Source: Adineta vaga
Lineage: Eukaryota; Animalia; Rotifera
Reading direction: 5' to 3'
DNA: 64,000 nucleotides
NCBI GenBank assembly: GCA_021613535.1
Contig: CP075493.1
Coordinates: 7,192,001 to 7,256,000, forward strand
Shown here: positions 15,572-28,187 of the stretch, piece by piece
How positions within the stretch are numbered: position 1 is the stretch's first letter
Layout: every line of letters starts with the position of its first letter
Program-made: the position numbers and the translations under genes
The notes under the pieces: generated by a model
Told to the model about the DNA's origin: nothing
Database searches by the model: none
What the model saw: the letters and a program-made list of their open reading frames with translations, nothing else

Positions 15572-17213
15572 TCATTGAGACGATGCTTCATTATTGAGAT
15601 CATTATCTGAAGTTGCAGTAATAGCAGCTGCTCGTAATTGATCAAGACGTATAACTGAATTATAACGTGGTATATTCCGTTTTAAAATATCTTGTATTGG
15701 TCCGAGTACACGTTCAAATCGTGCTCGATCCATTTTAACACATTTCAATGTACCCTTAGCAACAACTGTTGCAACACGTGGACGATTACAAAGTAACGCA
15801 ATTTCACCGAAATAATTTCCTGGACCAAGTGTATCAACTTCGACAGCTTGGGGTGATTCCGATGTTTTCTGATAGACAATACCATTACCCTACAATAAAC
15901 TAGTCTCTTATCATTATTAACAGATGAAAACGAGTTACTTCAACAATGATAAAGAAGTCATCACCAGGATCGCCTTGTTTAACAACAATTTCACCATCTT
16001 CAAATTGAATAGGTTCAAGTGAATCAGCAACAGTTAACCGTTCCCATTCATCCAATGTTTCTAAAGGAAATATCGATAAGAATTTTCTCGAAAGAAATAT
16101 TCATTTATTTTCATCTTACCTAAAACGGAAACTTTACTTAGGAATTCTTCATACATTTTTCTTTTTTTAATTGTTGAATCCATCAATATTCTGCGATAAG
16201 TTTCTCCCAAGAGAGACCAAAGTTTTACATCAGTTTTAGCTTTCACTGTTGCTGCTCGAGGTGTACCATAGATCAAAGCAAGTTCGCCAAAACTTGAACA
16301 TTCACCGATACTTGTCACCAATTCATCATTAATGTAAACCTTTTATATAGCAAGAAGAAAATCAAAAGTTCCTACTTTCAATACTCGAAAGTATACTTAC
16401 ATTGACTTCACCTTTATCAATAATGTAGAAATTTTCACCCTTTTCACCTTGTTGAATGATAATATCACCTGCAAGATGAATTTCTGGAAACATTGCATCG
16501 AAAATTTGTGCACGTTCATTTTCATCCAAATGACTAGAAAAAAATGATTCAAAATAATTGAAATTATTCATAATAGAAATACCTAAATAGAATGTTTTTC
16601 TTGATAGCTTCAGATAAAGCACACATTGTGGCATAATCTTTTTGGACAATTTCCCGAACATATGAAGTAGTTCCTGGTGTACCGGAAGATGATTTTGATG
16701 AGACAGCTCCACGACGTTTCTTTACTAATAATGGATATTGAATTGAATCTCTATCAATTGTCGATGGATCCTATAATAAATAAAAGACATATCATTTACA
16801 AGACGATGATCATTTCACGTCAATTTTGAGCTCAGCAAAATTAGGACTCAATGCAAGACAATTTTCACGACTTATTTCGACTACTATTATTCATACAAAT
16901 ATAATTCGGTACTTTGATAGGTCACATATTAGTTGATTGAAAAAGGTGGCAGCACAATGCATGTAAATGCGAGCTCACACACACACACTGTGTGTTTTCG
17001 TATGTTTTACATATTATAGTAATGGATGAAAATATTTCTAACCTTATCATAGTGTTCACCAGAAAAATATTGTTTTAAAAAATGAATAGGATCATCTGGT
17101 TGATGAATACATAAATTATGTAAGCATTGTTTTATCAAATTCATAATATCATTTTCATGAACATAATCTTCACATTGTTTTAGTAAAAAGTCTACATCTG
17201 AAGATGAATTCAT
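15572..17213 (-). CDS. PRKAR1A: cAMP-dependent protein kinase regulatory subunit type I
   Basis: Dimerisation/docking domain ([10 protein letters not shown]...[17 protein letters not shown]), RRGAVS pseudosubstrate, cNMP cassettes [16 protein letters not shown] and [16 protein letters not shown]. Confidence 0.9.
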
Positions 17214-17404
17214 ATCTAAAACGATTTAATATATTGTTTTTCGTAATATCTTCGCTATCAAAACAAAAATATACATTGGTTTTGTTCGTATTTTTATCTT
17301 CATCTTTGCTCTCTCTTTCTACGTATATACATATAGATGATTGATGGAAGATATAGAACTTGTCGAATAAATAACAAAAAAGAAACAAAAACTTTTTGGA
17401 ACTT

Positions 17405-18938
17405 TTATCGTCGATGATGACGATCTTTTGGTGAAGAATTCGTTTCATAACGAGATGAACGATGTTTATGATAATGATGATCAGCTTGTTCCCTAAAATA
17501 GCATTGCTAGATTCTCTTTTTTTGTTAACAATTCTTGAAGACTGACCGTGATGACTCGTGTTGTTTCGTACTTTTGTCATGGTGATGACGATGATTAGAT
17601 GGTGAGTGGCGTCGTTTAGATTTTTCATCTTTAGATTCTGATCGTTCCTACAGAACAAAATTTCAAAACTATTATTCTTGAAAAATAGAAATTATTACTC
17701 GTTTTCGAGTAGATGTTTCTTCTTTCTGTGAATTTCGAGATCGTTCTTTTTCCAATGTTCCACTTTTTCGTTGCTAAAAATCAAATAAAATATTTATAAA
17801 TACATCATACTACATTGATTGTAACTTTAGATACATATCATATTTCATTGGCATAGAGATAGTCTCGACAATGTTATAAAAGTTAACTTACAGATAATGC
17901 TTCAAGTGATGCTCGAATCTTGGCATAACCAGCATGTTGTTTACCACTGTTATGTTCATCGATTCTACTTTGAATATCTCCAACAATAAGAAATGAACCA
18001 CAAATAGAGCAAACTTCCATAGCTTTATTCATTTCTGCATTGGCTTGTTCTTCGGCTAATTGCTATAATAAATTTGAAGTTTTATTTTTAAGAACAAATG
18101 AAATTATGTCAATCAACCATTTCTAATTTCATTTTTTCTTCTCTCATATCTTCACATTGACTTAAAACTTGCTGTGCTTCATCAATTCGACAAGCATTAC
18201 CAAGTTCTTCAGATTCTAATACGTAAGATGTAATTTTATCACCGAGGTCTTTTATTTTACTGAGAAGTTCGTTCTAAATATTAAAATAATTCCGATATAC
18301 AAAACAAATTATACTTATTTGATTATTTACTTTCAAATGATTTGGATCATGTTCACTATTTGGATCACCTTGAGTTATCCGTAAACGTTCTTGTCCTCGT
18401 TTAATACGTCGTTCAACATCGGATACTAATGATTTCATAAAACGTTCTAAAAATTAAATATATATATATATATATATACATATATTGTAACTGATGTAGC
18501 TCAATCTTCTTTTACCGAATTCCTCTTCGTAGCCAAGTTTGCCAAAACGTGAACTTGTCTGATATCTAAAAATGAAATATTCTACGAGTTTCAAACACGA
18601 ATTGATATCAAAACATACTCTTTTTGGTAGCTTAAATCATGAATTTTATCACAGAATCCTAGAAATAAAATTCAGGATTTATCGATAAATAAAATTCAAT
18701 TTATATTTACCAAGATTTTGTCGAGTATTAACAAATAATTCATGTGGACAGAAATCAACGAGCATAAGTTTACAGACCTAAAAAAAAGATATGGAGATTC
18801 TTATGAAAAGTTTAGTTACTTTTCAATTCATACATCAGGATCATCGAAATGAAGTTTATGAACTTTTTCACCTTTTGCTGCATTTCGACCTTTACCCATT
18901 AATTCATCTAGTAACGATTGTTGTGCAGCTAGAGCCAT
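17405..18938 (-). CDS. LUC7L3: Luc7-like protein 3 (U1 snRNP-associated)
   Basis: MALAAQQSLLDELMGKGRN, FCPHELFVNTR..LG.CDKIHD zinc finger, VERRIKRGQERL, MEVCSICGSFLIVGD...HNSGKQHAGY, R/H/S-rich tail. Confidence 0.88.
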
Positions 18939-19619
18939 CAATGAGACGTTTTTTAATAAAAAAATCTTCACAATTCCAATCTTATCGTAACTGATTACTA
19001 TTACTATTGCTATTATTATTATTATTATTTTCTTTTGCTCGTTTCTTTACGAGGACGACGAAAACGTTGGATGGATGTGATGAGCCTTGCATCCATCCAT
19101 AACCATTCATTCGATCTGTACAGCAAATCAAAAACTTTGCACAGATGGCGTCTATTTACAGAACCAATAGTGTTCATAGATTGTGATATATATATATATA
19201 GACTCCGTTATCAATTGTTTTTACGTATACAACTAATGATACACTGTACTCGATAGTCTTCTTTAATTCTTTTTAAATTTTAAATGAAATAAAGGAACAA
19301 TATTTATAACACCACTTTATAATTATGGATCGAAAATTTATTCGCCTAGAGATAGAGAGCATTCTGACTTCTAAATCAACGATTTGGTAAAAATGAGTAT
19401 GGAATCGAATAAATGTTTCAATTTAGTAATTTTCCAAGAGATAAGATTCAAAAGAAACTGTATTCGTTCATTCTTTTTTGAGAAAATTATATGAATCATC
19501 GATCATATGTCTATGGTCGAGATGAACACGTGGAAATGAAAAGAAAGAACTAACAGTTAACATTTCTGTATTAAGATTTGGACGAGAAGAAACAGATAGT
19601 GTTTTGAATAATTTTTCTA

Positions 19620-20324
19620 ATGGAGTCTTCATCTCAATTATCATCGGAGATCAATCCATCTTCTATTGAAGGTTAGTAAAGAAGATATTTCCTCTAGAAA
19701 ACGAATCAATCGGTTAAATCGTTGGAAAAAAAGAGGAGATTTATGTTGGGTAAATAGTCTGAATTAGTAGGTCGTTGTACGACATCTCAAAATCATGTTA
19801 TAAGAGATTATGAATAAAGCCATTTCCATTGATATTTTTCTATTGAAGTTGCTTCATCTAATTCTGGCTATTCCACACCTCCTCGTTCAACTACGATTGG
19901 TCAATATTCATCAGCTAGTCCTTATTTTTCTCAACTTTTTCATCAACCAAAACTTTTAACTAGTGCTGAACTAAAACGACGCTTTTCTCCAATTCATTCA
20001 TCGAATAAAAAACGTCGATATCATCGTATTCGAAAAACGGATTGCATTGTTCCATCAGAACGAAATCTGAATGTGCCTGTGATATTACCCAAATTATTTG
20101 ATCAACAGAATTCCGAACTATCTCCAACATTCACATCACAAAATGATTCTTTAGTGCCATTATTTTCTTCGAATTCTCCAATTTTATCATCAAGAATGGT
20201 TCATCCACGACCTAATTTTAATGACTTGATCTCCAATTGTTTTAAAACAGATCAAGAAAATTTATTTTCAATTTCAGAAACAATTATGAAACAAAAATTG
20301 AAAATCTTATTACAAAAAAACTAA
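19620..20324 (+). CDS. Hypothetical Ser/Pro-rich protein; 2 exons (intron 19672-19848)
   Basis: MESSSQLSSEINPSSIE spliced in frame to VASSNSGYSTPPRS...KRRFSPIHSSNKKRRYHRIRK (NLS-like)...LLQKN*. Confidence 0.55.
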
Positions 20325-20422
20325 TTCTCAACATTGTTTCTTATGATTGATTTCGCTAGCTAATTTTCTGCATGTGTGTGTCTGTTTTGTTCTATTAGAT
20401 TTGTCACTTTTTTTTGTCGTGT

Positions 20423-22809
20423 TTATATTTCTATAAGAAAAGAAGAAGAAGAAGAACGATGAAAAGTAAAAACAAATCTTTGATCGCATTCATTATTTGG
20501 TATTGAATGAAAGTTTTTTTGTAACTGCCGAGAGTATAGAGAAAACAAAACGGAGAAGGTAAGAAGAACTCGATGTATACGAACAGATCGAAAGAAGGTA
20601 AATTTAACAATAAGACCAACGACTGCATACCATAAAAGATGTTGGAAACGTTTTAATCTAAATATATCAAATAAGCTTAAATAATGTACGAAATTCATTT
20701 TACTTTACCGCTGATTTCGTTGACGACATTTAGACATGTAAGCAAGATCTTCACGAAGTATATATTGTTTAGCACCCAGACAATAATTATACCAATATTG
20801 AGTCCAATCAAGATCTTTGACATCAAAATTGAAAACCTAAATAAAATTGAACTATATATTTAACATTCAAAATTTCAAAAAAAGTGAAGAAATTAATCTC
20901 AATTCAGTTATTGACGATTCATCGAATTACAAAACTTGACTTACCTTTTGATCAGTCTCGGTCATTTCATTACGAAGACGAATGCTATTATCAAGAGGAA
21001 ATATCCATGATCGTAAAGTAAAAAAATTCAATGTTCGCACACTTTTATAGATTTTATCGCATAATTTTAAGAAACTAAAAAATAAAATATTCTCTAATTA
21101 ACAAATTAACATCATGTACTATCTCACATTGGTTTTCGACCAATCAATCGCATGTAACAATCGAGTACAAATGCAGGAAATACTTCTTGAACAAATCGTA
21201 GATAATGATAATGAAATCTATATAGAAATAAGTCTTAAAATAGTTAATTCTATACTTTCAATGATGTTTTTGTTTTACCGATTAGGTGTAAAGGTTAAAT
21301 TTGGAAAAGTTATCGCATTTTCCATACATATCGTATCAAGATGACGTAAACCAATTTTTGTGATGTTATTCCATGTTAATGAACCCAAATGACCAGTACA
21401 GCAATGATAAACTGGAATGTCGTTTCGACTATAAAAGCAATAAGATTTCTGATAGAATCTGTTGAAAAGCATTAGATTATTCCAAAATATTATTGGTTAA
21501 TGACACATAGAAGTTGACAAGAAACTTCGGTCAAACAAACAAGTCGTATTTACTGTTTTATTGCCGTATGCCATGCTACAGCAACCATCATATTTACACA
21601 AATATCCACAGGAACAATATCAGCAATCGATGTTTTACTTCCCAACATTATTCGAAGCATACCTTTACCAGTCTAAATACAAGATTGATTAGTTTGATTT
21701 ACTGATAATATTGTCAAAACATACTGCAACAATCATTCCACTTGGTCCATTATAATTATCAATCCAGCCCTATGGGAAACAAAGATTGATTTTTGATTTT
21801 TTTTAAAAACAACATCTTCGAAAATTTTACCGGCATTGGTTCACGCCATGATGATCCAACAATTGATGGACGTATAATTGCTAATGGTAACTCTTTGGCT
21901 TCTTGAGATATGACATATTCAGCAAGTGCTTTCGTAAATGTATATGTATTAGGTCGATCACTGATAAGTTTTGTCGTTAGAACATCAAAAACTTGATCAT
22001 CCATCCATTCACTAGCATCCAATAATTTCGAGGGTTGAATAGGTGGTGGATAAACCATCTCTGCTATATCGTTTCGATTGCAATTGGCATATGCAGTTGA
22101 AACATGAACAACAGACTAAATGAAAGAAAAAGGAAGAGATAATCTCATGACTTGTACTAGAAAACCTTCTTTTATTTACTTCTAATTGTTTCATTTTATG
22201 ACATAATACAAGTAATTTTTTCACAGATGCAACATTCATTTGAATAGCTAATCTAAAGAAAATATAAGTCATGCGTTTGATTAAAAATGTCGATTTGTAT
22301 GTAGTACCGAAGTGGTTCATGAAAACGAACAGTTGCAGCTGAATGGAAGACAACATGACAAGTTTCGATCAATATTTGTTCATCAGAGGTACTTAAACCA
22401 AAATTTGGATCGAGTATATCACCTTGTAAAGCGGTAATTTTTTGTTCAAAATTTGGATTTATCGATCGAGCAATATTAAATAACTACACATAATGATATA
22501 CTTAAGAATAGGACAATAATTTCTTTTGTAAACTTACAGTACTCGATAATAATTCTTTAAGACGATCAGCTACATTATGACCTCGTTTTGGTCGTACAAG
22601 AAGATAAATATGTCCGATATCTAAATTAACAAAAAGAACCAAAATAGTTAAGTTAATCAAGTAAGAAATTTGAGGAGTCTCTACCTGGACAAGGATCGAA
22701 TAAGCTTTTCTACCAATTGTTTTCCAATAAATCCAGTGGCACCAGTAATGAAGACTGATTTTTGTTTAAAAAAATCAGCAATTTCACTTGTTTCTGTACT
22801 TGCTGACAT
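20423..22809 (-). CDS. FAR1: Fatty acyl-CoA reductase (FAR1/2 family), apparent +1 frameshift in exon 1
   Basis: [61 protein letters not shown]-terminal hydrophobic segment. Confidence 0.88.
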
Positions 22810-23491
22810 ATTGATTTCTATCTGAATAATCAAAAAGAGAAAACAACTATGGCGTGGATTTTGTTGATATTATTTCTTTTTTTTTATGTAGTCAAGAAAC
22901 AAAATGAAATACAATAAGTTGATTTGTTTTGAAAAGTAAAACAAAAGCACACGTAAGTATACAGAAAGCAACAAACAACAACTGATTAATGTTTTCTTTT
23001 TTCCAATGAATAATGATAGCATCAGAAATCGATCACAATGCATGAAAGACATCAACATTTAATAGTCGAAATTCAGAGATTAAAAGGGAAAAAAAAGATT
23101 TCGATTGAAGTTCATTTTCAGATACAACAATAACAGCAACAAGAGAATACATTTGGAATAGAGATACAATACGAAGAGAAAAACATAAAAGATAAATACG
23201 TTTAGATCTAAGCAATAAAGCAAGAAAGAAGAAAAAAGTTAAATTTTCAGAAATAGAAAACACCAAATATCACATATAAATATGTATATATCGATTGTTC
23301 ATCAACTATGATTTTGTTCTAAATTAATCATCGTGTACGAAAAGAACAGATCATTTTTATACGAATAAGAAAACTTACAAAAGTTCTTTTTTTTTAAATA
23401 AAACGAAAAAAACGTTAAGTTTGTAAAATTTGTTTATCTAAGAATTGAAGCAAGAATATTTATGAGACATAAGTTTACGAACGTTTTCTGT

Positions 23492-24587
23492 TTACCGGCG
23501 ATGATATCTGGCACTTGTTGATGGCGGTGTTAGTCGTATACCACGATCTCTATAGCGATATTCATGATCATTCACTCGTTCCGGTGGTGGAAAATATCCA
23601 TCTAAATATGGATCATATCGTCGAGAAAATGATGGATACATTGGAATTCCATGACGCATATATCCTGATGGTGGTAATGGTGGTGGCGGTGGTGGTGGTG
23701 ATGCGCGTGACCTAAAGTTCCATATGAATCCAAATCCATCGTATATATTTATATATCTCCTTTCCACAACATCAAATCTTGTCCAAAACAACCAATTTCC
23801 AGAAATTTTTGTTTTCTTTTCTTTAGAAATTCTACTTTCAAGTTCATATTTCTTTCTTAGCTACCTTAATTTTCAATATCTCCCAGAAATTTGTGATACA
23901 TCCAAAAAATATATAGATATACGTATGACCAATGACCCAAATGACATCAATTTATATTGTTCTTTAATTTTAGTATCCAACCATACCTAGGATAACGATC
24001 ATAGTTTGATGCTGAACGTCGACCCAAATCATCATCTCGACGACGTGATGGGCGTCCTTCTCTCGCTTGACCATCACATTCACGACTAAATTTAAATATT
24101 ATACATTGATAATGTCTCGAATCTTTCCTTACCTAAAATGTCCTCGTTGTCCACATTGATAACATCGCATGTTTGGATCATGTCGATTCGATCGATGTCG
24201 AGTTCTTGGTCGTGCCCATGTTACTTTTAATCGATTGTCTCCAAATGATCTGAATCCAACAATGATTGTCTTGATAAATATTTTTTCTGTCTATCTCATC
24301 AATATCTATATATCATACCTTCCATCCATTTGATCAATCGCTTTCTGTGCCTCTTCCTTATATTTATATACCACAAACGCAAAACATGATGCACTCGCAA
24401 CCCATACATCAAGAATTGTACCAAATCGTTGAAATACTTTACGTATTTCATTAGCGTCAACACCACGCGTTAATTCTGCAATGTGTACACGATATTCATT
24501 TGTTCGTTCACTACTACTTCCATGATCAGATCGAGGTGAACGAGAACGACGTGATGCGGACGATGATGCACTTCTTGATCGTGGCAT
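23492..24587 (-). CDS. SR-family splicing factor, RRM + CCHC zinc knuckle (SRSF7/9G8-like), paralog 1
   Basis: RRM (RVHIAEL...VWVASASCFAFVVY), PNMRCYQCGQRGHFSREC, Pro/Tyr/Arg-rich tail. Confidence 0.85.
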
Positions 24588-25094
24588 TTGTTTTCGAAAT
24601 AGAAAGAATACTGAAATAAATGTAGAGATATTGTTAAGAGATGTAATTTAGATATCGAACAGAGGCAACAAAAGCCAATAGCCAAAGTCGAATGAATAGA
24701 TGTAGATAGAGAGAAAGAAAGAAAATGTTCACATACAAATAATGTTCAAGTAGAGATGAACAGAGTACAAAGAAAAACGTTAGAGACAATGTGTATATAT
24801 GACAAATGTTTTTGAAGAGAAAATAACAAATTCATAAATTGTTCATAGATAACGATCACTTTGAATTATCAAATTCGAGGTGGACTAAAAGATGAAAATA
24901 TTATATAAATTACATATTCGACTTTATTTTTTAGAGAGATTTTTTTTGCCATAGAATCAAATCGATATCTCTGAAAATATACTCACCATTCATATCTGAA
25001 TATTATCTTATTAAATTTGTAATACTCTCTTTACCTAATTACATCAGAGAATACAAAAGTCAACTAGATCATACCCCAATCTTTTGACCTGTAT

Positions 25095-26390
25095 TTACCT
25101 TCTGTAATAACCATATCCATTCTCTCGAGATTTGTAATCAGATGATGATGATGGCGTTCGTCGAGGACTAATGAATGAATGACGAAATACCATTAGATTG
25201 CTATTATCAATTAGTTAGATGTTACCGGTAATGACGAATGACTGGTGGTCGAGGTGATCGAGAACTAAAATTATCAGCAAAAGTGTAAAGATGAAAACAT
25301 AAAATTTACAATGACATACCGAGATCGAGAATAAGATCGTTCACGACGACGATCACGTGAACGTGATCTAAATTAGAATACATATGTAGTTTAAAGTTAT
25401 TTAAAAGATATCTTTAATAATTCGATCAGCAAAAATTTACCTTTTTCTTCTATGAAATTTCCATAGTTTCAGAAGATTCTCGTAGGCAGGATCATACTTC
25501 TAATCCCAGTGTGATATTATTCAGGTTTCTACACTCTTCAATTGCTGATATCTGCCTGGATATTTTCATTAAATCGATTGTGCCTTTTCAGTAGAGAATG
25601 CTTACCGATAACCATAGTCAGAATTCTTGTAATTACGTTGATCATTGCCACAATCTCGACTGAAATGACCTCGAGAACCACATTGATAACATCGCCTGCA
25701 GATATTAAAATATGAATATTTCAATAACTGAACATTTTAGTAACATAGAAAAAGACAAGATAACTGTTTCGGAAATACTATATACTGTCTATCGTACTTT
25801 CTCAAAAAAGATATAGTATATTTTTTTTGTACTCCTAAACATAAACTTACATATCGAATAACTACGTCCGATCTTATATATTCTATGACAGTACAAGGAT
25901 ATTCAATAGCTTGTATGGACTATATTTCTAATAATATTCTGTTTAAAGTGATGTGTCTACTTACATATTCGGATCGAAATTTCTTCGTCCATTACCACGA
26001 GTACGTGGCCGTGCTAAGGATACTCGTACACGTGCATCACCAATATATCTAATAAAATGAACCAACGATTGTTCTATTAGAAACATAAATATTAATTTTT
26101 ATGATTTTTCTTTACCGGCCGTCAAGTTCGCTGATGGCTCGTTGTCCATCATCACGATGACCCAGTACAACAAAAGCAAAACATGATGCTTGTGCATGCC
26201 ATACTTCAATGACTTGCCATTTTTCAAAAGCCTTTTCTATGTCACGTTTTGTACACTTGGATGAAAGATCAGCCACATGAATACGACAACCATTTTCACC
26301 ATCGTCATTTTTATTACTGTATGGTGAATACGAACGATCGCGTCGATAAGATGATGTCGTCATCGGTGAACGTGAACGAGAGCGAAGCAT
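25095..26390 (-). CDS. SRSF7: SR-family splicing factor, RRM + zinc knuckle + RS domain (SRSF7/9G8/SRSF3-like), paralog 2
   Basis: RIHVADL...VWHAQASCFAFV, FDPNMRCYQCGSRGHFSRDC, RSRSRDRRRERSYSRSRSRSP. Confidence 0.8.
25441..25555 (-). other. Candidate poison (PTC) cassette exon A
   Basis: CCAG| acceptor, |GTAAAT donor, flanking introns of 50 and 73 nt, in-frame TGA at 25492-25494. Confidence 0.6.
25851..25919 (-). other. Candidate poison (PTC) cassette exon B
   Basis: ATAG| acceptor, |GTAAGT donor, in-frame TAG at 25883-25885. Confidence 0.5.
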
Positions 26391-26734
26391 GGTGAAATTC
26401 TACAAGAATATGAAGAAAAAGTTTATATATATATACTTATACTATGAAATAAAGAACAAAACAGTCTATCAAACTTTCTTTCATGCGTCTTTTTTTATTG
26501 GAAGTTTGCATAGTTATTAAACAAACAATTCAATTGAACTATTCAATATTTTATTTTTTATTTAATTTAATTTTATATTATAGGATAAACAATTTTGAGA
26601 CAGTTTTGAGCATTTCAATAGATGCCGCTGATCTTCATAGATACGGTTTTGAAATTTATTGGTTATATAATTGTCTATAATAAATAAAATGCTTATTAGT
26701 TAGTGACCTTCACATGTCAGAATAGGTATAAACA

Positions 26735-27137
26735 CCCCTGCGTATTAGAAGACTCGGTGTCTTCTATTATATTTTTCACGCAAGTTACCCAAGGGGGGGG
26801 GGTCGTCTAATATGATTTCGTCTCTCTAAACAATATAAAATTACAGTTACATGTTACAAAGACTTTATTAAATCAGTTCATGATAAGCAGATTCTTGTAA
26901 GTGTATCTGTCCTCTTATTTTATTCTAGTCAAAAATGTATTGTTGTTCTGCATAGAGAAGCCGTTAATCTTCGTTCTATGCTTTAATAGACTTGATTTTC
27001 TGATAGAAACAATTCAATATTGATTGGTAGAAAAAAGTTGAAAAAATTTAGAAGAAAAGCCTTTACAATACAAGACCCGGGTCTTCTAAAATGAATTTCG
27101 CATCTTTCTTCAAAGAGCGTCTTCTATTACGCAGGGG
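26735..27137. mobile_element. Non-autonomous TIR element (MITE-like)
   Basis: CCCCTGCGTATTAGAAGAC (26735-26753) and GTCTTCTATTACGCAGGGG (27119-27137) are inverted repeats matching at 18/19; internal AAGAC...GTCTT subterminal palindromes; no ORF. Confidence 0.65.
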
Positions 27138-27464
27138 GAGGGGGATAGTCTAATTCAAATATATATTTTATTAAACTTCCCATATACTGGCGAAGATAGT
27201 AGAGAAATTGATTCTATTCATCAAGATAAAAATCGATATTTTTTATTATGATGTGAAACATGCTTTATGCGTGCATCATATAGTATTGCAGTACACGGTA
27301 TCGTGAATAAAGAGCACGTGAAGCAATATGTATCTTGGATTTTTCCAACGTAAAGAGAGAACAAAGGAAAAAAATAGGGAAATGTTTTTTTATCGACAAA
27401 TGTATATAGAGCAATCAGATTTCCTCGTAATTTAACATTTGTTTTTAATTATTTGAATTGTGTG

Positions 27465-28187
27465 ATGGCAAGTGAAATTATTCTATCGGATGATTCAAGA
27501 CCTCATTATATTGATAATCGTGATTTTGGTAATTTTTCTGATCATGTTACTGTTTGGATAGATACACATATTGGTGTGGATGATGGTTATACAGATTTCA
27601 AAGCAAAATTTGATACTAATATTCAAGTTCTTCAATCCAATAATCCAATTGAAGAGGATATTGATGATGAAAGTATATTATATGCTGATCAAAATATATT
27701 GAAGAATTTAAGGGATGAAGTTTATTGTCTAAAATATTTCCCTACACCTGAGAAAGGTTTGAAATATATTCGTAATAATCCTCAAAAGAAAATTTTCTTT
27801 ATCTCATCTGGCACTATTGGAAAATGTGTAGTTCCAGAATTAGTTGATCTATATCAAATTTATGGCATTTATATTTTTTGTGGTAATATTTCTTTTCATA
27901 CGAAATGGGCTTATGATTATGCTGATATCATAACAGCAATGCTCGAGCATCAAGATGATTTATTGCAACGTTTAACTCGAGATATTGCTGATTGTGTTGA
28001 GAAAAAAGGCGATTTATATCAACAACAAATGGAATATTTAAAAGCACGAAACTGTTATGCATGAGCAAAAAAGTTACTTCTTCGAGGACAAACATTAGGG
28101 GATACGGGTTCAAGTAGATTAATTGATCGAGTTACAGGAAAATTTAATGCATCACAATCATCTGGAGTATCTGTATTAGATAACTGA
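27465..28187 (+). CDS. Receiver(CheY)-like domain + TPR-like helix protein with in-frame TGA at 28062-28064 (possible pseudogene or readthrough)
   Basis: VTVWIDTHIG / KIFFISSGTIG / IYGIYIFCGN strand motifs, paralogous to the downstream gene. The frame stays open for 40 codons after the TGA, to 28187. Confidence 0.65.

Noticed and set aside
20431-20530. Second FAR frameshift at a T7 run giving an alternative hydrophobic tail
   Set aside because: Both frames are open and the tail is poorly conserved; undecidable without homologs.
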